Of a stretch of 64,000 nucleotides of DNA, positions 26,136 to 35,873 are shown piece by piece. The translations under genes and the position numbers were made by a program. Origin of the DNA: Phyllobacteriaceae bacterium (GTDB taxonomy: Bacteria > Pseudomonadota > Alphaproteobacteria > Rhizobiales > Rhizobiaceae); NCBI GenBank assembly GCA_024742765.1, contig JANSXT010000009.1:80586-144585 (forward strand), read 5' to 3'. The notes beneath the pieces are model-generated. The model made no database searches. It was not told the origin of the DNA and saw only the letters and a program-made list of their open reading frames with translations. Position 1 is the stretch's first letter; each line of letters begins with the position of its first letter.

Positions 26136-26149
26136 TGCATTATGATGCA
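26136..26149. promoter_or_regulatory. Perfect TGCA-N6-TGCA box (candidate BoxR operator) upstream of boxC
   Basis: TGCATTATGATGCA. A second near-match, TGCAATATAATACA, lies at 26093-26106. Both sit in the AT-rich gap before boxC. Confidence 0.55.
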
Positions 26150-26213
26150 AAATTGGATTTACATCGTCCGGTTTGGGCGATAAGAAGCAACATAACGCAT
26201 GTGGGAGAATGTC

Positions 26214-27875
26214 GTGCCCGACATCATCGATTTCCGGACCGATCCGTCGCAATACCGCCATTGGCGCGTGGAGTATGATGGCGCCGTCGCCAATCTCTAT
26301 ATGGATGTCGACGAGGATGGCGGGCTTTTCGACGGCTACCAGCTCAAGCTCAATTCCTATGATCTGGGTGTCGACATCGAACTGGCCGATGTCGTCCAGC
26401 GCATGCGCTTCGAACACCCCGAGGTGAAGGTGGTCGTGATGCAGTCGGGCAAAGACAATGTGTTCTGCGCCGGTGCCAACATCCGCATGCTGGGTGGCGC
26501 GGCGCACGCCCACAAGGTCAATTTCTGCAAGTTCACCAACGAAACGCGCAACACGTTCGAGGCGGCCGAAGCCGATTCCGGCCAGAAATATATCGCCGCC
26601 GTGAAAGGCGCCTGCGCCGGCGGCGGCTATGAACTGGCGCTCGCCTGCAACCACATCATGCTGACCGACGATTCCTCGTCGTCGGTGGCGCTGCCCGAAG
26701 TGCCGCTTCTGGCCGTGCTGCCGGGCACGGGCGGGCTGACGCGTGTGACGGACAAGAGGAAAGTGCGCCGCGATCTGGCCGATGTGTTCTGTTCGATCGA
26801 GGAGGGCGTCAAGGGCAAGCGCGCCACCGAGTGGCGTCTGGTCGACGAGGTGGTCCCGAACTCGAAATTCGCCGACACGGTGCAGGAGCGGGCCCGCGAG
26901 TTTGCCGCCGCATCGACCAGGAACGCGCCCGAAAAGGGCATCGCGCTGACCCCGCTCGAGCGGACCATCGCCGAGGACGGTTCTGTCACCTATTCGCTGG
27001 TGGAAGTCGCGGTCGAACGCGACGGGCGCCGCGCGGCGATCACCATTCACGGTCCGGACGCCGAGGCGCCGACCGATGCCGAGGCGCTGACCGCGCTGGG
27101 CGATCAGAGCTATTTTCTGCGGCTGGCGCGCGAACTGGACGATGCGATCATGCATCTGCGCCTCAACGAGATGGAGCTTGGCTTGCTCGTCTTCCGCTCG
27201 CAGGGCGATGCCGACAAGGTGCTCGCCGAGGAGCAGGTGCTCTTCGATAATGCCGATCACTGGCTGGCCAACGAGATCATCCAATATTGGAAGCGGGTGA
27301 TGAAGCGCATCGACGTGACGTCGCGCTCGCTCGTCGCATTCGTCGAGAACGGCTCGTGCTTCGCCGGCATGCTCGCCGAAGTGCTGTTCGCGGTCGACCG
27401 GACTTACATGATGGAAGGCGATTTTGAGGGCGACAATCGCCCTGTCGCCTCGATCACCCTGTCGCAGGCCAATTTCGGCCCGTTTCCGATGGCCAACGAT
27501 CTAACGCGGCTCGAAACCCGGTTCCTTGGCGAGCCGGAGCGGGTCGAGGCCGCGAAGGAACAGATCGGTGAGACGCTCGAAGCGTTCGACGCGAACGAAC
27601 TGGGTCTCGTCACTTACGCGTTCGATGATGTCGACTGGGAAGACGAGGTGCGCATCTTCTTGGAAGAACGCGCCAGCTTCTCGCCCGATGCGATGACCGG
27701 CATGGAAGCCAATCTGCGCTTTGCCGGCCCCGAAACCATGGAAACGCGCATCTTCGGCCGGCTGACCGCCTGGCAGAACTGGATCTTCCAGCGGCCCAAT
27801 GCGGTCGGCGAGGACGGCGCCCTGCAACGCTACGGAACCGGCGTGCGCGGCCAATACAACATGCAGCGCGTCTAG
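26214..27875 (+). CDS. boxC: 2,3-epoxybenzoyl-CoA dihydrolase (benzoyl-CoA-dihydrodiol lyase) BoxC
   Basis: ORF 26199..27875. GTG 26214 is preferred (GGGAG 6 nt upstream). IDFRTDPSQYRHWRVEYDGAVANLYMDVDE and VFCAGANIRMLGG form a double-crotonase fold typical of BoxC. Confidence 0.9.
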   Translation: MPDIIDFRTDPSQYRHWRVEYDGAVANLYMDVDEDGGLFDGYQLKLNSYDLGVDIELADVVQRMRFEHPEVKVVVMQSGKDNVFCAGANIRMLGGAAHAHKVNFCKFTNETRNTFEAAEADSGQKYIAAVKGACAGGGYELALACNHIMLTDDSSSSVALPEVPLLAVLPGTGGLTRVTDKRKVRRDLADVFCSIEEGVKGKRATEWRLVDEVVPNSKFADTVQERAREFAAASTRNAPEKGIALTPLERTIAEDGSVTYSLVEVAVERDGRRAAITIHGPDAEAPTDAEALTALGDQSYFLRLARELDDAIMHLRLNEMELGLLVFRSQGDADKVLAEEQVLFDNADHWLANEIIQYWKRVMKRIDVTSRSLVAFVENGSCFAGMLAEVLFAVDRTYMMEGDFEGDNRPVASITLSQANFGPFPMANDLTRLETRFLGEPERVEAAKEQIGETLEAFDANELGLVTYAFDDVDWEDEVRIFLEERASFSPDAMTGMEANLRFAGPETMETRIFGRLTAWQNWIFQRPNAVGEDGALQRYGTGVRGQYNMQRV

Positions 27876-27877
27876 CC

Positions 27878-28252
27878 TTGGGGAAAAACACCGTGAAAAA
27901 GGCCGTCAACCTGAAAGAAGAGCTGGCGCTTTTCGAGGAGCATTGGTCGCCGAAGATCGTTGGCGAATACAACGGCAACGAGGTGATGGTGGTCAAGTTC
28001 AAGGGCGAGTACCCGTTTCATAGCCACGCCGACACCGATGATTTCTTCCTCGTTCTGGAAGGGCGGATGACGATGGAGTTGCGCGACCGGAAAATCGAAG
28101 TCGGTCCCGGCGAGTTGTTCATCGTGCCCAAGGGCGTCGAACACCGCCCCGTGGCGGAGGAAGAAGTGAAAGTGCTTCTGATTGAGCCGAAAGGCGAACC
28201 GAACAGCGGCGACAGCACCGAACGTGCACCGGCCGTCAAGGAATGGATTTAA
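27878..28252 (+). CDS. Small single-domain cupin protein
   Basis: FHSHADTDDFFLVLEGRMTMEL...GELFIVPKGVEHRPVA contains cupin motifs 1 and 2. The start is ambiguous (TTG 27878 or GTG 27893). Confidence 0.75.
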   Translation: MGKNTVKKAVNLKEELALFEEHWSPKIVGEYNGNEVMVVKFKGEYPFHSHADTDDFFLVLEGRMTMELRDRKIEVGPGELFIVPKGVEHRPVAEEEVKVLLIEPKGEPNSGDSTERAPAVKEWI

Positions 28253-28263
28253 GGGAGACTGGA

Positions 28264-29715
28264 ATGCTCGATCTCATCAATGTCAGCTACGACACGCAAA
28301 TCCCCAACAATGTCAGGCTTTCGTCGGACAAGCGCGTGCTCAAGGCGCTGGAGAAGTGGCATCCCGGTTACATCAATTGGTGGAACGACCTGATCCCGGA
28401 CAATTTCCAGCAGTCGCTCGTCTATCTGCGCACCGCCGTCTCCGTTGACCCCAAAGGCTGGGCCAAGTTCGATTATGTGAAGATGCCCGAATATCGCTGG
28501 GGCGTGCTGCTGGCCCCGCAGGTCGAGGACCGCACGATCCCGTGCGGCGAACATGCGGGCGAGGCGGCCTGGCAGGAAGTGCCGGGCGAATACCGCGCCA
28601 TGCTGCGCCGGCTGATCGTCATCCAGGGCGACACCGAACCCGCGTCCGTCGAGCAGCAGCGGTTTTTGGGCAAGACCGCGCCGTCGCTCTACGACATGCG
28701 CAACCTATTCCAGGTCAATGTGGAGGAGGGGCGGCACCTTTGGGCGATGGTCTATCTGTTGCACAAATATTTCGGCCGCGACGGCCGCGAGGAGGCCGAC
28801 GATCTGCTGCGCCGCTCGTCGGGCTCGGAGGAAGCGCCGCGCATGCTGGGCGCCTTTAACGAGGAAACGCCGGACTGGCTCAGCTTCTTCATGTTCACCT
28901 ATTTCACCGACCGCGACGGCAAGATGCAGCTTGAATCGCTCGCCCAGTCGGGTTTTGACCCGCTGTCGCGCACCTGCCGCTTCATGCTCACCGAGGAAGC
29001 GCACCACATGTTCGTCGGCGAGACCGGCGTCGGCCGGACCATTCAGGCGACGTGCGAAGCGATGGCGAAGGCCGGCATCGAGGACCCCTACGACACGGAC
29101 GCGATCCGCGCTCTGGGCGTCATCGATCTGCCGACGATCCAGAAGAAGCTGAACCTGCACTACACTCTGTCGCTGGACCTGTTTGGCCAGGAGGTTTCGA
29201 CCAACGCGGCAAACGCCTTCAATGCCGGCATCAAGGGCCGCTATATGGAAAGCCGGATCGACGACGACCACAAGCTGCATGGCGACACCTATGAGGTCTG
29301 GGACTTCGAGGACGGCAAGCTGGTGCGCAAGGAGGTGCCGGCGCTGACGGCGATCAACATGCGCCTGCGTGACGACTATACGCGCGATGCGTCGGGCGGT
29401 GTCGGCCGCTGGAACAAGATCATCGAGAAGGCCGGCATCGATTTTCAGATGAAGCTGCCGCATGAATCCTTCAACCGGAAGATCGGTGTGTTTGCCGACA
29501 AGCTGTTCGACCCGGACGGCACGCTGGTGTCGGGCGCGGACTATGATGCGGGTCTGCCCAATTGGCTGCCGACCAAGGCCGATGGCGACTTCATCCAGTC
29601 GTTGATGGTGCCGGTCTACGAGCCCGGCCAGTATGCAAGCTGGATCGCGCCGCCCAAGGTCGGCATCGACAACAAGCCGGGCGACTTCGAGTACGTCAAG
29701 CTGCACATGGCCTGA
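28264..29715 (+). CDS. boxB: Benzoyl-CoA 2,3-epoxidase subunit B (diiron oxygenase) BoxB
   Basis: ORF 28243..29715 trimmed to ATG 28264 (AGGGAG upstream). Diiron ligand blocks VEEGRHLWAM and LTEEAHHMFVG. Its length and context match BoxB. Confidence 0.92.
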   Translation: MLDLINVSYDTQIPNNVRLSSDKRVLKALEKWHPGYINWWNDLIPDNFQQSLVYLRTAVSVDPKGWAKFDYVKMPEYRWGVLLAPQVEDRTIPCGEHAGEAAWQEVPGEYRAMLRRLIVIQGDTEPASVEQQRFLGKTAPSLYDMRNLFQVNVEEGRHLWAMVYLLHKYFGRDGREEADDLLRRSSGSEEAPRMLGAFNEETPDWLSFFMFTYFTDRDGKMQLESLAQSGFDPLSRTCRFMLTEEAHHMFVGETGVGRTIQATCEAMAKAGIEDPYDTDAIRALGVIDLPTIQKKLNLHYTLSLDLFGQEVSTNAANAFNAGIKGRYMESRIDDDHKLHGDTYEVWDFEDGKLVRKEVPALTAINMRLRDDYTRDASGGVGRWNKIIEKAGIDFQMKLPHESFNRKIGVFADKLFDPDGTLVSGADYDAGLPNWLPTKADGDFIQSLMVPVYEPGQYASWIAPPKVGIDNKPGDFEYVKLHMA

Positions 29716-29787
29716 TCGGCCCATGTCAGACATGGCCGGCGCTCCTTCAGGCTGCGCCGGCCGCTCTCTTCAATTCGGGAGGCACCG

Positions 29788-29952
29788 ATGGATATCAGCA
29801 GAAATGCCAAAAAGCCGGAGACGGCCGCGCGCTGCGGCGATGTTCCGAGGGTCTGCCTTGGCTGCAAGGATTGCCAGGGACCGTGCCTTTTGTTCGCCGA
29901 ACTCTATGGCGGGCTTGCCGTTGAAGGTCCGCGACCGGGTTCGGCCGCATGA
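29788..29952 (+). CDS. Unannotated 54-aa Cys-rich small ORF between boxB and boxA (hypothetical)
   Basis: Translated manually: [60 protein letters not shown] at 29777-29782 lies 5 nt before the ATG. Its TGA forms an ATGA overlap with the boxA start (29949-29952). It falls below the apparent length cut-off of the ORF track. Confidence 0.4.
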   Translation: MDISRNAKKPETAARCGDVPRVCLGCKDCQGPCLLFAELYGGLAVEGPRPGSAA

Positions 29953-31145
29953 ACAAGCCGCTCAAGCAGCATCTGATCGATCCGGAAATCTGCATCCGCT
30001 GCTATACCTGCGAGATGACGTGTCCGATCGGCGCGATCACCCATGACGACAACAATGTCGTGGTCGACGCCGCCCAGTGCAATTTCTGCATGGACTGTAT
30101 CCCGGTCTGCCCGACCGGCTCGATCGATGAGTGGCGCATCGTCAACGAGCCCTATTCGCTGGACGAGCAGTTCGGCTGGTCCGAGCTTCCACCCCAGGAA
30201 GAAATCGCGGCCGACGGCAACGGCGCCGACACCTCGATTGAAGCGTTCGACGATGCGATTGCCGCGCTTCTGGCCGAAGCCCATCAGGGCGCGGGCGGCA
30301 AGGCCAAGGCACCGGCGAGTGCAGCCAAACCCTCCATCAATCTCTACAATCTGGCCAAGCCGGCGGAGGCGACCGTTACCGGCAATTTCCGGCTGACGAG
30401 CGAAGCTGGCGACAATGATGTGCGCCATATCATTCTCGACTTCGGCGCGACGCCGTTTCCGGTGCTCGAAGGCCAGTCGATCGGCATTATCCCGCCGGGC
30501 ACGGACGACAAGGGCGAAGCGCATCTGCCGCGGCTTTATTCGGTCTCGAGCCCGCGCGACGGAGAACGGCCGAACTACAACAATGTCTCGCTGACGGTGA
30601 AGCGCGAGCCGGGCGGGGTCTGCTCGAACCATGTCTGCGACCTCAAGCCCGGCGACACGGTCAAGGTGACGGGGCCGTTCGGCTCGACCTTCCTGCTTCC
30701 GTCCGATCCTGACGCGCATCTGATGATGATCTGCACGGGCACGGGGTCGGCGCCGTTCCGCGCCTTCACCATGCGCCGGCAGCGCGAGAACCCGCGCCTT
30801 CAAGACACGATGTCGCTCTATTTCGGTGCGCGGACGCCCGAGGACCTTCCCTATTTCGGCCCGCTCAAGAAGGTGCCCGAGACGTTCATGAAAAAGGTCT
30901 TCGCCTTTTCGCGCCAGCCCGAAAGCCCCAAACACTATGTGCAGGACAAGCTGCGCGAGAATGCCGACGATGTCGCCGCGCTGATGCGCAACGCCAATGG
31001 CTACATCTATATTTGCGGGCTCAAGGCGATGGAGCACGGTGTAGAGGAGGCCCTGTCCGACATCGCCCGGAGCGCCGGGCTCACCTGGACCGAGGTGCGC
31101 GACACGATGCGCGAGGATGGCCGCTATCATGTCGAGACCTATTAG
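29949..31145 (+). CDS. boxA: Benzoyl-CoA oxygenase/epoxidase reductase component BoxA
   Basis: Two N-terminal 4Fe-4S motifs ([24 protein letters not shown]). They are followed by an FNR-like FAD/NADPH module ([21 protein letters not shown]). Confidence 0.92.
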   Translation: MNKPLKQHLIDPEICIRCYTCEMTCPIGAITHDDNNVVVDAAQCNFCMDCIPVCPTGSIDEWRIVNEPYSLDEQFGWSELPPQEEIAADGNGADTSIEAFDDAIAALLAEAHQGAGGKAKAPASAAKPSINLYNLAKPAEATVTGNFRLTSEAGDNDVRHIILDFGATPFPVLEGQSIGIIPPGTDDKGEAHLPRLYSVSSPRDGERPNYNNVSLTVKREPGGVCSNHVCDLKPGDTVKVTGPFGSTFLLPSDPDAHLMMICTGTGSAPFRAFTMRRQRENPRLQDTMSLYFGARTPEDLPYFGPLKKVPETFMKKVFAFSRQPESPKHYVQDKLRENADDVAALMRNANGYIYICGLKAMEHGVEEALSDIARSAGLTWTEVRDTMREDGRYHVETY

Positions 31146-31152
31146 GTCATAG

Positions 31153-31626
31153 ATGCCGCCACAGGCGAATCGGGCGGGCGACGGCATGGGCGACAGCATT
31201 TTCGAGCATGAAATCCGGGTGGGCTGGGGCGACTGCGATCCGGCCCGGATCGCCTATACGGGCAAGCTGCCCATGTTCGCGCTCGAAGCGATCGAGGCAT
31301 GGTGGGAGCACCATCTGGGCGGCGGCTGGTATCAGATGGAGCTCGATCAGGGGGTCGGAACGCCGTTTGTCCATATGAGCCTGAATTTCCGGTCGCCTGT
31401 CACGCCGCGCCACCGGCTCAAATGCAGGGTCTGGCCGACGCGGCTGGGCGATACATCGATCGCTTTCAGGGTCGAGGCGTTTCAGGACGGCACATTGTGC
31501 TTCGAGGGCGATTTCGTGTGTGTGTTCGTGGTGCCCATCGAACTGAAGAAGACCCCGCCGCCCGATGATATCCGGGCGATCGTCGAGGCGCAGATTCGCA
31601 CCGGCGCGGGACCGTCCGCCGGATAG
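31153..31626 (+). CDS. Acyl-CoA thioesterase, 4HBT/YbgC-like hotdog fold
   Basis: FEHEIRVGWGDCDPARIAYTGKLPMFA is a typical 4HBT N-terminal catalytic Asp region. An alternative start lies at 31186. Confidence 0.8.
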   Translation: MPPQANRAGDGMGDSIFEHEIRVGWGDCDPARIAYTGKLPMFALEAIEAWWEHHLGGGWYQMELDQGVGTPFVHMSLNFRSPVTPRHRLKCRVWPTRLGDTSIAFRVEAFQDGTLCFEGDFVCVFVVPIELKKTPPPDDIRAIVEAQIRTGAGPSAG

Positions 31627-31688
31627 TAACCGTGTCGGCGGGCACTGCGATTGCAGGCATTGAGAAATACCCGCGCTGGGGTATTTTG

Positions 31689-31702
31689 TGCACTATTGTA
31701 CA
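31689..31702. promoter_or_regulatory. Near-perfect TGCA-N6-TACA box upstream of boxR (possible autoregulation)
   Basis: TGCACTATTGTACA lies 17 nt upstream of the preferred boxR ATG (31719). Confidence 0.35.
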
Positions 31703-31718
31703 CATTGCGACGGCCAGC

Positions 31719-32636
31719 ATGAGCGAAATCACCAACTTCAAGGGCGTGGCGCAAAAGACCACCGCCGAGAGCCAGTCCGAGGCGATGGTGGCGACGCTGC
31801 TCAAGCGGGTCGGCGAACGGGTGCGCAAGGCGCGCGAGCTCAAGGGCATTCCGCGCCGCGTGCTGTCGGAGATTTCCGGCGTGTCGCCGCGCTATCTGGC
31901 GCAGCTTGAATCGGGCGAGGGCAATATCTCGATCGGCCTTCTGCAGAAGGTGGCGGTGGCGCTCGACTACCGGATCGAATGGCTGGTCGGCGCCGAAGAC
32001 CCGTGGTCGTCGGACACGATGCGTGTCGCCGACCTGTTCCGGCGGGCCGGCTTTCACACGCGCCAGGAGGTGATCGATCTTCTGTCGCCGGACACCGAGA
32101 CCGACATGCGCGCCAGCCGCATCTGCCTGATCGGGCTGCGCGGCGCCGGCAAATCGACGCTTGGCGCCAGGGCCGGCGAGCGCCTGGGCGTCCCCTTCGT
32201 CGAACTCAACCGCGAGATCGAGGAGCAGAGCGGCATGCCCGTGAACGAGCTCTTGGCCTTTTACGGGCAGGAGGGCTACCGCAAGCTGGAAGCCCAGGCG
32301 CTCGAACGGGTGATCGCCACCCATGACGCGATGATCCTGGCCGTTGCCGGCGGCATCGTCTCCGACCCGCAGACCTACAATATGCTGCTGGCGCACTTCC
32401 ATACGGTCTGGCTGAAGGCGGCGCCCGAGGATCATATGGAGCGGGTGAGGGCGCAGGGCGACACCCGCCCCATGGGCGGCAATCCCGAAGCGATGGACGA
32501 ACTCAAATCGATCCTGACCAGCCGCGAGGCGCTTTACGGCCGCGCCCTGTCGCAGATCGACACCAGCGGCCGCAGCCTGGACGAGACGCTCGACGATCTG
32601 ATCGGCGTCATCGGCGAGCGGGGCTTTCTGCGCTAG
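31719..32636 (+). CDS. boxR: BoxR/BzdR-type regulator (XRE HTH fused to a shikimate-kinase-like domain)
   Basis: ORF 31632..32636 trimmed to ATG 31719. HTH region RVRKARELKGIPRRVLSEISGVSPRYLAQLESGEGNISIGLLQKVAVAL. It is followed by the P-loop ICLIGLRGAGKSTLG of a shikimate-kinase fold. Confidence 0.85.
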   Translation: MSEITNFKGVAQKTTAESQSEAMVATLLKRVGERVRKARELKGIPRRVLSEISGVSPRYLAQLESGEGNISIGLLQKVAVALDYRIEWLVGAEDPWSSDTMRVADLFRRAGFHTRQEVIDLLSPDTETDMRASRICLIGLRGAGKSTLGARAGERLGVPFVELNREIEEQSGMPVNELLAFYGQEGYRKLEAQALERVIATHDAMILAVAGGIVSDPQTYNMLLAHFHTVWLKAAPEDHMERVRAQGDTRPMGGNPEAMDELKSILTSREALYGRALSQIDTSGRSLDETLDDLIGVIGERGFLR

Positions 32637-32691
32637 GGCTCGCCGGCCGGGCGAAACCACATTCGAACACACCAATTCTCAGGAACATCCG

Positions 32692-34761
32692 ATGACAGTG
32701 ACATGGAGGCGCGACGGCGACGCCGGGCTGGTCGAACTTGCCAATCCGCCGGTGAACGCGATGGGTCTGGCCGTGCGGCAGGGCCTCATCGACGCGGTGA
32801 CATGGGCCGAAAACGAGCCCGGTCTGTCGCGCGTCATCGTCTCCGGACAGGGCAGGGCGTTCGCCGCCGGTGGTGACGCGCGCGAGTTCGACGACGATCC
32901 CGTTCCACCGCACCTGCCCGACGTTCTCGATGCGATCGAAGCCAGTGCGGTGCCGTGGATCGCCGCGGCCCATGGTGTTGCGCTCGGCGGCGGCGCCGAA
33001 CTGATGCTTGCATGCCGCTACCGGATCGCGGCGCCGGGTACGAAAATCGGTCTGCCGGAAGTCACGCTGGGCGTGGTGCCGGGCGCGGGCGGCACGCAGC
33101 GTCTGCCGCGGCTGGTCGGTCTTCAAACGGCGCTCGACATGATCGCCAACGGCAAGCCGGTCGGCGCGCTCGACGCCCACGAAATGGGGCTGGTCGATGC
33201 GGTGGCCGACGAACCGGTCGCCCATGCCATGGCGCTCTATATTGCGTTGGTTCAGGACCGGCCGGTCCTGTCGGCGCTTGACGGTCCGGCAACCGACGAT
33301 GACGCCGTCGAGAAGGCGCGCGCGATGGCTGAAAAGCGCATGCGCGGGCAGATCGCCCCGCAAAAGGCCATCGATCTTGTCGCGCTTTCGGCGCGCCTGC
33401 CGTTCCGCGAAGGGCTGGCGCAGGAGCGCGCGACCTTTGTCGATTTGCGGTCGACCGAACAGGCGCGAGCGCTGCGCCACATATTTTTCGCCGAGCGGGC
33501 GGCAAAAGCGCCCGACTGGCTTGATGCTGAGCCGCGCGAGATCGGGAAGGCGGCGGTCGTCGGCGGCGGCACGATGGGTGCGGGCATTGCCTATGCGCTG
33601 CTTCTGGCCGGGATCGGCGTGACGCTCTTGGAGACCGATGCGGACGGTGTCGAACGGGCCAAGGCCAATATCGGCCGGATCATGGATCAGAGCGCGAAGC
33701 GCGGTCTTTTGTCGGGCGACAAGCGCGGCCAGATCGAGGCGGCGCTGACCGTGACCGACGATTATGGCGCAGCGGCGGAGGCGGACCTCGCCGTCGAAGC
33801 GGCGTTCGAAAGCATGGAGGTCAAGAAGGCCGTGTTCGGCGCGCTCGACAAGGCGTTGCCGGCCGATGCCGTGCTCGCCACCAACACATCCTATCTCGAT
33901 GTTAACGAGATCGCGTCCGGCCTTGCCGATCCGTCGCGGCTGGTGGGCCTGCATTTCTTTGCACCCGCGCACATCATGAAGCTCCTGGAGATCGTGCAGG
34001 GCGATGCGACGAGCCATGATGCGCTGGCGGCCGGCTTTGCGCTCGCCAAACGCCTGCGGAAAGTGCCCGTCCTGTCTGGCGTCTGCGACGGGTTCATCGG
34101 CAACCGCATTCTCGCCCGCTATCGCGAAGCGGCCGACACGCTTTTGATGGACGGCACCAACCCGTGGGAACTGGACGAGGCGATGGTCGAATTCGGCTAT
34201 GCGATGGGCCCCTATGAGGTGCAGGACCTGTCGGGCCTCGACATCGCCCATGCCAACCGGAAGCGTCAGGCCGCCACCCGCGATCCGAACCGGCGCTACA
34301 TCCCGATCGGCGACCGCATGGTTGCCGAAGGCCGGCTTGGCAAGAAGGTCGGCGTCGGCTGGTACCGCTATCCGGGCGGCGGCGGAAAGGTCGTCGATCC
34401 GCTGATCGAGGATCTGGTTCGTGAGGAAGCGCATTTCGCCAAGGTCGAGCGGCGCGCCTTCACCGACGATGAAATCCGGCGCCGGCTGGTGCTCGCGATG
34501 ATCAACGAGGCCGCCGACATATTGGCCGAAGGCATCGCGCAGTCCGCAGCCGACATCGATCTGGTGACGGTGTTCGGCTATGGCTTTCCGCGCTGGCGCG
34601 GCGGTCTGATGCACCATGCGGACACGCTCGGCGCAGACGCAATCCTCGCCGAACTGCGGGCGCTGGAGGCCGAAGACCCGATCGTCTGGAAGCCGAGCGC
34701 GGCCATCGTTGCCTGCGCGGAGCAGGGCATCGCGCTTCGCGACTACCGGACACGGTCTTAA
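32692..34761 (+). CDS. Fused enoyl-CoA hydratase / 3-hydroxyacyl-CoA dehydrogenase (FadB/FadJ-like)
   Basis: N-terminal crotonase ([32 protein letters not shown]) and a Rossmann fold [13 protein letters not shown]-terminal 3HCDH domains follow. Confidence 0.9.
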   Translation: MTVTWRRDGDAGLVELANPPVNAMGLAVRQGLIDAVTWAENEPGLSRVIVSGQGRAFAAGGDAREFDDDPVPPHLPDVLDAIEASAVPWIAAAHGVALGGGAELMLACRYRIAAPGTKIGLPEVTLGVVPGAGGTQRLPRLVGLQTALDMIANGKPVGALDAHEMGLVDAVADEPVAHAMALYIALVQDRPVLSALDGPATDDDAVEKARAMAEKRMRGQIAPQKAIDLVALSARLPFREGLAQERATFVDLRSTEQARALRHIFFAERAAKAPDWLDAEPREIGKAAVVGGGTMGAGIAYALLLAGIGVTLLETDADGVERAKANIGRIMDQSAKRGLLSGDKRGQIEAALTVTDDYGAAAEADLAVEAAFESMEVKKAVFGALDKALPADAVLATNTSYLDVNEIASGLADPSRLVGLHFFAPAHIMKLLEIVQGDATSHDALAAGFALAKRLRKVPVLSGVCDGFIGNRILARYREAADTLLMDGTNPWELDEAMVEFGYAMGPYEVQDLSGLDIAHANRKRQAATRDPNRRYIPIGDRMVAEGRLGKKVGVGWYRYPGGGGKVVDPLIEDLVREEAHFAKVERRAFTDDEIRRRLVLAMINEAADILAEGIAQSAADIDLVTVFGYGFPRWRGGLMHHADTLGADAILAELRALEAEDPIVWKPSAAIVACAEQGIALRDYRTRS

Positions 34762-34803
34762 AGGTGTGAAATGCGGCGAGAACCCTTTTCAAACCGGCGC
34801 GAA

Positions 34804-34827
34804 CGGTTTATAAACCGACCGATCGGT
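34804..34827. promoter_or_regulatory. PaaR-type operator region upstream of paaA
   Basis: Core ACCGACCGATCGGT at 34814-34827 fits ACCG-NN-CG-NN-CGGT perfectly. It overlaps the perfect 14-nt palindrome CGGTTTATAAACCG at 34804-34817. The region lies about 55 nt before ATG 34881. Confidence 0.55.
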
Positions 34828-34880
34828 TAATTAATTGTGGCGGTATCGCCGCCTGACCGGGAGCGGAGGAGGCTCAGCCC

Positions 34881-35870
34881 ATGTACGCCCAGATGGTGCA
34901 ATCCACCGGCACGCTGAAGACGCGTGAGGAAATGGACGAGCGCGAGCGCGCCTTCCAGGACCGTATCGATGCCGGCGAGAAGATCGAGCCGCAGGACTGG
35001 ATGCCGGAAGGCTATCGCAAGACGCTTGTGCGCCAGATCGGACAGCACGCCCATTCCGAGATCGTCGGCCAGCTTCCCGAGGGCAACTGGATCACCCGCG
35101 CGCCGACCCTCGAAAGAAAAGCCATTCTGCTCGCCAAGGTGCAGGATGAGGCCGGTCACGGGCTCTATCTCTACTGCGCGGCGGAGACGCTGGGCGTCAG
35201 CCGCGACGAGATGACCGAGAAGCTGCATGACGGGGAGATGAAGTATTCCTCCATCTTCAACTATCCGACGCTCACATGGGCCGATATCGGCGCGGTCGGC
35301 TGGCTGGTCGACGGTGCGGCGATCATGAACCAGGTGGCGCTGCAGCGCACGTCCTACGGACCCTATTCGCGGGCAATGGTGCGCATCTGCAAGGAAGAGA
35401 GCTTCCACCAGCGCCAGGGCTATTCGATCATGATGAAGATGGCCGCCGGCACGCCCGAGCAGAAGCGCATGGCGCAGGATGCGCTGGACCGGCTCTGGTA
35501 TCCCTCGCTGATGATGTTCGGTCCGTCCGACGCCGAAAGCGTCCATTCGGCCCAGTCCATGGCATGGAAGATCAAGGTCAGCACCAATGACGAACTGCGC
35601 CAGAAGTTTGTCGACCAGACCGTACCGCAGGCCGAATATCTGGGCCTGACGATCCCCGACGACAAGCTTGCCTGGAACGAGGAGAAGGGCGGCTACAACT
35701 TCTCCGAGCCGGACTGGCAGGAGTTCCACGATGTGCTGGCGGGCAACGGCCCGTGTAATGCCGACCGGATGGCCGCGCGGCGCACCGCCTGGGAAGATGG
35801 CGCCTGGTATCGCGATGGTCTCGTCGCCCACGCAAACAAGCGCGCCGCACAGCGCATGGCAGCGGAGTAA
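34881..35870 (+). CDS. paaA: 1,2-phenylacetyl-CoA epoxidase catalytic subunit PaaA
   Basis: Diiron motifs [24 protein letters not shown] and [10 protein letters not shown]. Context paaABCDE. Confidence 0.92.
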   Translation: MYAQMVQSTGTLKTREEMDERERAFQDRIDAGEKIEPQDWMPEGYRKTLVRQIGQHAHSEIVGQLPEGNWITRAPTLERKAILLAKVQDEAGHGLYLYCAAETLGVSRDEMTEKLHDGEMKYSSIFNYPTLTWADIGAVGWLVDGAAIMNQVALQRTSYGPYSRAMVRICKEESFHQRQGYSIMMKMAAGTPEQKRMAQDALDRLWYPSLMMFGPSDAESVHSAQSMAWKIKVSTNDELRQKFVDQTVPQAEYLGLTIPDDKLAWNEEKGGYNFSEPDWQEFHDVLAGNGPCNADRMAARRTAWEDGAWYRDGLVAHANKRAAQRMAAE

Positions 35871-35873
35871 GAG

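Noticed and set aside
29562-30046. Track ORFs 29562..29924 and 29633..30046 spanning the boxB-boxA gap
   Set aside because: They are out of frame with boxB and boxA, overlap both, and lack an RBS. Only the 54-aa frame at 29788-29952 has an SD sequence and start/stop coupling, and even that is kept at low confidence.
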